Shown: positions 41,298-47,476 of the stretch, piece after piece
Numbering within the stretch: position 1 is the first letter of the stretch
Layout of the letters: each line of letters begins with the position of its first letter
Origin: Candidatus Nomurabacteria bacterium RIFCSPLOWO2_01_FULL_42_20
GTDB taxonomy: Bacteria > Patescibacteriota > Minisyncoccia > Phycocordibacterales > CAZVEC01
DNA length: 47,476 bases
Direction: 5' to 3'
Assembly: GCA_001785965.1 (NCBI GenBank)
Contig: MFVF01000016.1
Coordinates: forward strand, 2,098 to 49,573
Notes under the pieces: generated by a model
What the model was told of the DNA's origin: nothing
Databases searched by the model: none
What the model saw: the letters and a program-made list of their open reading frames with translations, nothing else
Position numbers and translations under genes: made by a program

Positions 41298-42662
41298 TTA
41301 TTCTGGAGACCTGCCGGAGAGTTCGATGCGCGCTCTCTCGTCTTGGCGGACGAGGAGGTCGGTTTTAAGTTCGGGGTTGGCCATGATTTCTTCCACCGCT
41401 CGTTCCATATTAACTGCCTGCGAACCCTTGATTAAAATAATGTCTCCTTTTTTAATAATTGATTCCAGAAATTTTCCGGCTTTTCTTGAATCTTCAAATT
41501 CATAAATTTTTTCTTCGCTCATGCCGTGATTCATCGCCCCTTCGGCGAAATTGACCGCCCGCACTCCGACGGCAACCAAAATATCCGCCGTCTTGGCGAC
41601 CAACTTGCCTATCTCTTTATGTGCTTGGTCCGTATGTTCTCCGAGCTCAAGCATATCTCCCAATACGGCAATTTTTTTACTTGCCCCGAGCTCTGTCGAG
41701 GGACCGGAAACTTTAATCTCCCCAAGAATTTTAAGGGCCGATTCGCAAGCCAAGGGTGAAGAATTGTAGCTGTCATCAATAATAATAGTTCCTTTAATGC
41801 CGCGGATGATTCTCATTCGGCCGGGCGGCAAATCATAATTGCGCAGGGCTTGAGCCGCCGGAACCATGTTGAAGCCCATCACCCGCGAAACCGCCAAGGC
41901 GGCTAGGCCCGCGTAAATGTGATTGGCTCCGAAAGCTCCTTCGATCATGATTGGCAAGCTGGACCCTTCCGAATCCACCCGGAAAACAATGCCTTTCGGA
42001 GCTTGTCCAAGCTCCGAATAATCGAGTTCCGAGTCTTCGCCGTAGAGAATTTGCGAATTGGAAGCCACTAGATTAGCTTCCTCATTAAAGCCAAAAGTAA
42101 TAACTTTATTTTTAGAAGTGTTTTTGAGCGACAAGGCGTGCGAGTCGTCCGCATTCAAGATCAAAACGCCGTCTTTTTTTAGAGTTTTGATGAGCTTCCC
42201 TTTCTCCAGAACTAAATCTCCCACGGACTTAAAAAATTCAACATGCGAAGGAACGGACCCGATTCTGGTGACTACGACAATATCAGACTTGAGCCAGTAA
42301 ACGATCTTGTCCATATCTCTGGGCTTGCGCACAGCTACTTCCAGGATGAGCCATTTGGGATAAGCCCGCCTGATGAGAAGAAGGGTCATGCCTTTGAATA
42401 TATTTCCAAGCCACAAGAGCGGATTATTGCCTCCGCTGCCCTGTCCTAAAATACAAAGCGGCAATCCGATCGAGCTGTCAAAGCGGCCTTCGCTCTTCCT
42501 GACAAAAGTTTGTTTTGATAGGACGGCATAAATGGCTTCTTTAGTCGAAGTCTTGCCGACACTGCCGGTCACGGCAATAACTTTCGGCTTGTATTTCTCC
42601 AACACAAGCCTAGCCTCAAACTGCAGGATTCCAATTATTAAATTTTTCAGAAAGTTTTTCAT
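41298..42662 (-). CDS. murF: UDP-N-acetylmuramoyl-tripeptide--D-alanyl-D-alanine ligase
   Basis: VIAVTGSVGKTSTKE and IIDDSYNSSP (the MurF-type DDSYNANP motif). Confidence 0.9.
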   Translation of the reverse strand: MKNFLKNLIIGILQFEARLVLEKYKPKVIAVTGSVGKTSTKEAIYAVLSKQTFVRKSEGRFDSSIGLPLCILGQGSGGNNPLLWLGNIFKGMTLLLIRRAYPKWLILEVAVRKPRDMDKIVYWLKSDIVVVTRIGSVPSHVEFFKSVGDLVLEKGKLIKTLKKDGVLILNADDSHALSLKNTSKNKVITFGFNEEANLVASNSQILYGEDSELDYSELGQAPKGIVFRVDSEGSSLPIMIEGAFGANHIYAGLAALAVSRVMGFNMVPAAQALRNYDLPPGRMRIIRGIKGTIIIDDSYNSSPLACESALKILGEIKVSGPSTELGASKKIAVLGDMLELGEHTDQAHKEIGKLVAKTADILVAVGVRAVNFAEGAMNHGMSEEKIYEFEDSRKAGKFLESIIKKGDIILIKGSQAVNMERAVEEIMANPELKTDLLVRQDERARIELSGRSPE

Positions 42663-44368
42663 CTGTCTGGTGGTACCTCATAATAGTTTAGCAAAAATTT
42701 AGCCGTATCCATAAAAGACGGCATGAGCGTCTGCACGGCAAATTCGCCTCGGCGCGGATTTTTAAGGTAAAAAAGAGCCAAAAATTTCGGATTATAAGAC
42801 GGGAAGTAGCCAAAGAAAGAGTGCAGGTGCTTGTCTTCATAATAGCCGCCATCTTCCAGATTTGCAATCTGGGCCGTGCCGGTTTTGGCCGCCACGCTGT
42901 AATGCTCCATTTTAAATTTGCCTCCGCCAAAAGCCTTGTCCACCGCAAAAGTCAGCATTCTGGTTATCTCTTCGCTGGTTTCTTTCTTGATTACTTGTTT
43001 ACCCGGTCCATAAACAAATTCTTTTTTGCCGCCTTCTTTGTAATCGATTTGATATACAATGTGCGGGCTTATAAGATATCCTCCATTGGCCACTACCGAG
43101 AAAGCCTGCACGGCTTCGATTGGACTAATGGCCACGCCTTGCCCGAAAGAAGCAGTGGCGTATTCAAGATCGCGCGGGCTCTTCAGATTCGAAGTCAGGC
43201 TCTTAGCTTCGCTCGGCAGATCAATGCCGGTCCTTTCATCTAAGCTGAAGGCAAACATATAATCCCGGAATCTCTCGCGGCCTAATTTCTGCATGATCAT
43301 AACCGAACCGGTGTTTAAGGATTGGCTCAAAATTTCTTGAATCGGCACGACGCCGCGCGCTTTCTTGTCGAAGTTTTCAATTTTCTTATCTCCAACCACA
43401 ACGTAGCCCCGGTCATTATAAGTTGTCTCGGGGACAATGGCGCCCACGTCCAGTCCGGCTGAAACAGTCAGCGGCTTGATAATCGAGCCAAATTCAAAAA
43501 CATTTTCCACTAGAGGATTGGAAAAAGTGGAAACTTCTTTAACTTTGGAAAAATTATTCAAATCAAAAGTAGGATAACTCGACAAGGCGTAGATGGCGCC
43601 GCTTAAAGGATCTATAATAATAGCTCCAGCTTGTTCCGCCTGCCAGTTTTCCGCTACTCCCTGGAGTGTTTTTTCTAAAAATCCCTGTACGACCGGCTCA
43701 ATGGTTGTTATCAAATCGCCTTCCTTTTTCGGATTCTTAAAAATTGTGTCTTTGAGAGTTCCAAAAACTTCGGCAAAAAAATTCACATAAAGATCAGTCC
43801 CTTCATAAGACAAAACGTCATTATAAAAACGCTCCAGACCGTAACGGCCGGAGAAATCATCTTCCTTGTAAGCCACGAAGCCGATAGTTTGAGCGGCCAT
43901 TTCATTCCCCGGATAAAAGCGCCATTTTTCCCTGACGGCAAAAACTCCGTTTAATTTTAAGGCGCTTACCTTGTCCGCTTCTTCTTTGGAGAGCCTCCAG
44001 GCAATCTCTTCGTAAGGATCATCTTTTTTGCCGGCTCGCGCCAAAAAATCCTCCTTATTTATAAAAACAATGTCTGAAAGCTTCTCATAAACCGACTCTG
44101 GCAGGACTATGTCCTTGGGGCTGATCGCCAGCTTAAAACCGGCGATGGTCATGGCGGCAGAGACCTTGGAGCCGTCTTTTTTCTTGAAAAAGATAGAGCC
44201 GCGCTCAAAAACTTTTTCCGAAGGAGTGACATATTGGCGATCCGCCCGGGCATCATATTGCGAACCATGCACTATTTGGACTAAAAAAAGCTTTCCAATA
44301 AGAAAAAGATACGAGGCAAAGATAATAATGGAGATGGCTCGAATTCTTATGGGAAGATTAGATTTCAT
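42659..44368 (-). CDS. ftsI: Class B penicillin-binding protein (division transpeptidase)
   Basis: GSIIKP (SxxK), SLNTG (SxN) and KTGTAQ (KTG) are present, with an N-terminal TM segment. It sits in the mraZ-rsmH-ftsL-ftsI-murF (dcw) cluster. Confidence 0.9.
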   Translation of the reverse strand: MKSNLPIRIRAISIIIFASYLFLIGKLFLVQIVHGSQYDARADRQYVTPSEKVFERGSIFFKKKDGSKVSAAMTIAGFKLAISPKDIVLPESVYEKLSDIVFINKEDFLARAGKKDDPYEEIAWRLSKEEADKVSALKLNGVFAVREKWRFYPGNEMAAQTIGFVAYKEDDFSGRYGLERFYNDVLSYEGTDLYVNFFAEVFGTLKDTIFKNPKKEGDLITTIEPVVQGFLEKTLQGVAENWQAEQAGAIIIDPLSGAIYALSSYPTFDLNNFSKVKEVSTFSNPLVENVFEFGSIIKPLTVSAGLDVGAIVPETTYNDRGYVVVGDKKIENFDKKARGVVPIQEILSQSLNTGSVMIMQKLGRERFRDYMFAFSLDERTGIDLPSEAKSLTSNLKSPRDLEYATASFGQGVAISPIEAVQAFSVVANGGYLISPHIVYQIDYKEGGKKEFVYGPGKQVIKKETSEEITRMLTFAVDKAFGGGKFKMEHYSVAAKTGTAQIANLEDGGYYEDKHLHSFFGYFPSYNPKFLALFYLKNPRRGEFAVQTLMPSFMDTAKFLLNYYEVPPDR

Positions 44369-44726
44369 TATTTTTTCCGCCAGAGGCGGATCCGCCTTTG
44401 GCGGACAAAGTGTTCTTGGTTAAGGTGGTGCGGCCGACAAAGCCGATTTTTTGCGGCTCTTTAAAGCCTAAATTCTTGGCGTACTCCAAATTAATTTCCC
44501 GGCTCTTGCTTAAATATTTAAATTCCAATTGGCTCAAATTATTGCTTAAAAACTTAAGTTCCGTCTCGGCGTTCCTCCGTTCGACGACATTGAAAACAAT
44601 CTGGCCGATAAGATAAATATACACAAAGAAAGTCAAACCGGCAAATCCAAGCAAGCCAAAAAATAATCTCTTGCGAAGATCTGTATTTAAAGGAAGCATA
44701 TTTGATTTTAAAATTCTTATGGTCAT
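44358..44726 (-). CDS. ftsL: FtsL-like single-TM cell-division protein
   Basis: It is a 122-aa bitopic protein located between rsmH and ftsI. Confidence 0.55.
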   Translation of the reverse strand: MTIRILKSNMLPLNTDLRKRLFFGLLGFAGLTFFVYIYLIGQIVFNVVERRNAETELKFLSNNLSQLEFKYLSKSREINLEYAKNLGFKEPQKIGFVGRTTLTKNTLSAKGGSASGGKNNEI

Positions 44727-44730
44727 GGTT

Positions 44731-44770
44731 TTCTCTACGAATTACGAATTTTGTACGAAAGTACGAACAT
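44731..44770 (-). promoter_or_regulatory. Conserved 40-nt upstream motif, copy 2
   Basis: ttctctacgaattacgaattttgtacgaaagtacgaacat starts 4 nt from the ATG at 44726. Confidence 0.8.
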
Positions 44771-44780
44771 TAAGAAAATA

Positions 44781-45677
44781 TTAAAGTTTTTGTAGGACGC
44801 GGAGTTTGGCGCTGCGCGCGCGGGGATTATTTTTTATTTCTTCAGGGCTCGGCACAATCGGCTTTTTGGTTAAAACTCGAGCCAGTCCCTCTTTTTGCTT
44901 CTCTCGGAAAAATCTTTTGGCGATTCTGTCCTCAAGGCTGTGGAAGGCGATGACGGCAATGCGGCCGCCCGGGGTAAGTATCTTAAACGCCTTGTCTAAA
45001 AATGTTTCGAGCCTCTTTAGTTCGTCATTGACAGCGATTCGGATCGCTTGGAAAGTCCTAGTGGCGTAGTGGAGCCGCCTTCTTTGGTAACTTTTTGGAA
45101 CCGCTTGCCTGATTATTTCAACCAGATCAAAAGTTGTCTTAATTGGCTTAACTTTTCTTATTGTCACGATTTTTTTGGCAATCCTTCTGGCATAACGCTC
45201 CTCTCCGTAGCCATATATGATGTCCGCCAAGGTTTCTTCCGACCAAACATTCACAATCATTTCGGCCGTAACGTCTTCCGGTTCAAGTTCCCTTTTCATC
45301 GTCATTAAAAGCGGTTCGTCCCTCTGGAATGAAAACCCCCTGCCCGATTCTAGAAGCTGATAACTGGAGAGACCCAGATCGGCCAAAATCCGGTTGGCTC
45401 GCTCTATGCCGAGTTCCGCCAAGACTTGATCGATGTCTGAAAAGTTTTTTACTTTAATATTTTTTTCACATTCAAAATTTTTAAGATTCTCCTCCGCTCT
45501 TTTAACCGCTTGACTGTCAGCATCTAGGCCGATCACTTTCACTTCTCTGCCAAAAAGTTTGCAGACATATTCGGTGTGCCCGCCGTCGCCCAAAGTCGCA
45601 TCTACAAAAATATCGCCCGGCTGGATATCAAGCCCCTCTATTGATTCTTTTAAAAGAACTGGTTTATGCATAAACAT
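44781..45677 (-). CDS. rsmH: 16S rRNA (cytosine1402-N4)-methyltransferase
   Basis: HKPVLLKE, DATLGDGGH, DLGLSSYQL and SLEDR are present. Confidence 0.95.
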   Translation of the reverse strand: MFMHKPVLLKESIEGLDIQPGDIFVDATLGDGGHTEYVCKLFGREVKVIGLDADSQAVKRAEENLKNFECEKNIKVKNFSDIDQVLAELGIERANRILADLGLSSYQLLESGRGFSFQRDEPLLMTMKRELEPEDVTAEMIVNVWSEETLADIIYGYGEERYARRIAKKIVTIRKVKPIKTTFDLVEIIRQAVPKSYQRRRLHYATRTFQAIRIAVNDELKRLETFLDKAFKILTPGGRIAVIAFHSLEDRIAKRFFREKQKEGLARVLTKKPIVPSPEEIKNNPRARSAKLRVLQKL

Positions 45678-45717
45678 TTTTCGCGCCTATTCGCTTGATA
45701 TTCGCGAAGATTCGCTT

Positions 45718-46152
45718 CTACAATACTCCGACCTGTCCAAGTTTTTCCGCCAGTGTGTCCGCTCGCTTCTCAATTACTTGCTTGTAATCATCCCAGGCTT
45801 TTTCATTCCAAATTTCCAAACGATTCTGGACTCCGATAATGACAACTTTATTTTTTAAATTTCCCCTCTCCCTCAAGAAATCCGGCAAGAGTACCCGGCC
45901 AATCGAGTCAACTTCCGCTTCAACCGCCCCGCCGAACATGAAACGATTGAAGCTTCGATTGTCGGAAGCGAGCATCGATGATAGAGAGAGCTTGCCGGCG
46001 ATTTTCTGCCACTCCTTAAGAGCGAAGACAGACAGACAATTATCAAGGCCTGGAGCAATAACAACACGCTTACCCATTTCGCTTCGAAACTTCGCCGGAA
46101 GAGAAATGCGATTCTTGTCGTCTAATATGTGTTTGTATTCGCCGATGAGCAT
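45718..46152 (-). CDS. mraZ: Transcriptional regulator MraZ
   Basis: DDKNRISLPAKFR ... DSIGRVLLPDFLR are the two SpoVT/AbrB-like halves. Confidence 0.95.
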   Translation of the reverse strand: MLIGEYKHILDDKNRISLPAKFRSEMGKRVVIAPGLDNCLSVFALKEWQKIAGKLSLSSMLASDNRSFNRFMFGGAVEAEVDSIGRVLLPDFLRERGNLKNKVVIIGVQNRLEIWNEKAWDDYKQVIEKRADTLAEKLGQVGVL

Positions 46153-46153
46153 A
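46129..46153. repeat. 25-nt perfect direct repeat covering the mraZ start, copy 1
   Basis: gtgtttgtattcgccgatgagcata is identical to 46248..46272. Confidence 0.95.
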
Positions 46154-46181
46154 GTTATAAAGTTATAAAGTTGTTATAAAG

Positions 46182-46271
46182 TTAATTCCACCACTTCCCG
46201 CCCCGTAGGGAGCGCGAGGCGCATTCGGCCGAGTGATCTCCTTCGGGGTGTTTGTATTCGCCGATGAGCAT
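46182..46271 (-). other. 29-codon upstream mini-ORF duplicating the first 8 codons of mraZ
   Basis: MLIGEYKHPEGDHSAECASRSLRGGKWWN*. Confidence 0.55.
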
Positions 46272-46272
46272 A
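46248..46272. repeat. 25-nt perfect direct repeat, copy 2
   Basis: It is identical to 46129..46153. Confidence 0.95.
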
Positions 46273-46296
46273 TGATTTTATTTATTAACATGTTTT

Positions 46297-46347
46297 CCAC
46301 TTTCTCCCACTTATTTAACATTATAAACCACTACTTCCCACTTGCAA
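46297..46347 (-). promoter_or_regulatory. Candidate Pmra promoter with four GTGG(G) direct repeats (MraZ-box-like)
   Basis: On the minus strand: TTGCAA (46347-46342), 16 nt, then TATAAT (46325-46320). The GTGG boxes are at 46341-38, 46331-28, 46310-07 and 46300-297. Spacing is 10 nt within pairs. Confidence 0.55.
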
Positions 46348-46356
46348 ATCCCAACC

Positions 46357-46383
46357 TGTGGAAACTGTGGATAAAGTGGATAA
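46357..46383 (+). promoter_or_regulatory. Three contiguous 9-mers resembling DnaA boxes
   Basis: tgtggaaac|tgtggataa|agtggataa. The middle 9-mer is the exact reverse complement of TTATCCACA. Confidence 0.5.
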
Positions 46384-46508
46384 CTCCCCCTCCCCTTAGT
46401 TGGTGCTAATCAATGCCATAAAGAGCTGGTTTTTATTGGTGAATACAAAAAATCCCTCGGTTTCCCTTGGGTTTTTTGATTTTAACTTTATAACTTTCAA
46501 CTTTATAA

Positions 46509-47476
46509 CTAACTCTTCGGCCTCATCACTGGAAAAAATATGACCTCTTTAATGTTATGGGTGTCCGTTAAAAGCATGATCAGCCGGTCAATTCCAATTC
46601 CAACACCGCCTGAAGGCGGCATGCCGTACTCCATGGCTTCCAAAAAGTCTTCATCCAAAACTTGAGCTTCCTGCTCCCCTTCTTCTTTGGTTTTTTCTTG
46701 ATGCATGAAACGGCTGCGCTGATCAATAGGATCGTTTAGTTCAGAAAAAGCTTTGACTAATTCCATGCCGCCGGCTACCATCTGGAAAGCGCTGACAAGC
46801 ATTTCATTCTCGGGCTTGCGTTTGGCGAGCGGCAGATAAGTGGCTGGATAATCAATAATAAAAGTCGGCTGAATAATTTTGGGTCGGCAGACTTTTTTAA
46901 AAACATTATCTAAAATTTTGTCGAAAGAATCTTGCGAACCGAAAAGCACTCCAAATTTGTGAGCCACAATTATAAGCTCTTCTTTGGAAATTGTTTCTGG
47001 ATTCGGGATTATGGCATGGCGTCGAAGAAGATCAAAATAGGAAATAACCGCGAACTTTTTGCCAAAGTCTATCACATTACTGGCAAAGTTTATTTTTATC
47101 TTGCCTAAAACTTTTTTGATTAAAGTCTTCAGGGTCTTTTCCAAAAAAATCATTTGTTTCTCGGCGTCGCTGTAGCTTTCATAATATTCAAGCATCGTAA
47201 ATTCAGGATTATGAGTAGCGTCAATGCCTTCATTACGGAAGTCCTTGCTTATTTCATAAACTTTGGGAAAGCCGGCAATTAAGAGACGCTTTAAATAGAG
47301 TTCGTCCGAAATCCGAAGATACATATCAAGATCGAGAGTTTTGTGATGCGTTTTGAAAGGCAGAGCCGAGGCCCCGCCGTAGAGCGGTTGAAGAACGGGT
47401 GTTTCAAATTCCAAATAGCCGGCATCGTCTAAAATATTTCTAAGTTCAGCGATTATTCTAGACCGCAAGATAAATC
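46509..47476 (-). CDS. lysS: Lysine--tRNA ligase, class II; the N-terminal part lies outside the window
   Basis: FLEFETPVLQ, DLYLRISDELYLKRL, FRNEGID..HNPEFTMLE and GGVGIGIDRL are present. The frame stays open to 47476. Confidence 0.9.
   Translation of the reverse strand, partial: FILRSRIIAELRNILDDAGYLEFETPVLQPLYGGASALPFKTHHKTLDLDMYLRISDELYLKRLLIAGFPKVYEISKDFRNEGIDATHNPEFTMLEYYESYSDAEKQMIFLEKTLKTLIKKVLGKIKINFASNVIDFGKKFAVISYFDLLRRHAIIPNPETISKEELIIVAHKFGVLFGSQDSFDKILDNVFKKVCRPKIIQPTFIIDYPATYLPLAKRKPENEMLVSAFQMVAGGMELVKAFSELNDPIDQRSRFMHQEKTKEEGEQEAQVLDEDFLEAMEYGMPPSGGVGIGIDRLIMLLTDTHNIKEVIFFPVMRPKS

Noticed and set aside
46357-46383. A firm oriC call.
   Set aside because: Three DnaA-box-like 9-mers alone are insufficient. 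No dnaA or dnaN gene, DUE evidence or skew information is available in this window. I kept this only as a hypothesis in the findings.

Overview
This is an AT-rich, gene-dense bacterial chromosome segment, and nearly all genes sit on the minus strand. The content looks like a small-genome, CPR/Patescibacteria-like organism. That is an inference from split transketolase, a minimal mraZ-rsmH-ftsL-ftsI-murF cluster, an RRM protein, many Lys/Glu-rich coiled-coil proteins, and frequent starts without a Shine-Dalgarno sequence. The housekeeping backbone comprises prfA, rpmE, rplY, gatB, obg, rlmB, partial lysS and tRNA-Glu. It also carries a sugar-phosphate block (fba, PfkB kinase, tkt N and C halves, rpe, rpiB, gap) and cell-envelope genes (MltB-like and RlpA-like lytic transglycosylases, cls, murF, ftsI). 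I found no CRISPR array, rRNA, transposase, integrase, reverse transcriptase or recognisable named defence system. Four things stand out. (1) A tight four-gene operon encodes an XRE-HTH fused to a PEP-utilizer swivel-His domain, an ATP-grasp/swivel PpsA- or rifampin-phosphotransferase-like protein, an orphan HicB-fold protein and an RHG histidine phosphatase. (2) Accessory DNA repeatedly sits between direct duplications of the 5' or 3' end of a resident gene. This includes two toxin-antitoxin cassettes, an ArsR gene, a PaaX/Cas2-fold gene and short GC-rich inserts, at 5-7 loci depending on how the ArsR and tRNA cases are scored. (3) Short GC-rich segments are embedded in otherwise AT-rich housekeeping ORFs, and one near-identical 21-mer is read in two different frames. 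(4) Start codons are often preceded by a -10-like hexamer at exactly 6 nt, which suggests leaderless mRNAs; two other motifs of 40 and about 26 nt recur immediately upstream of start codons. All function calls come from motifs I read in the translations. No database search was possible.
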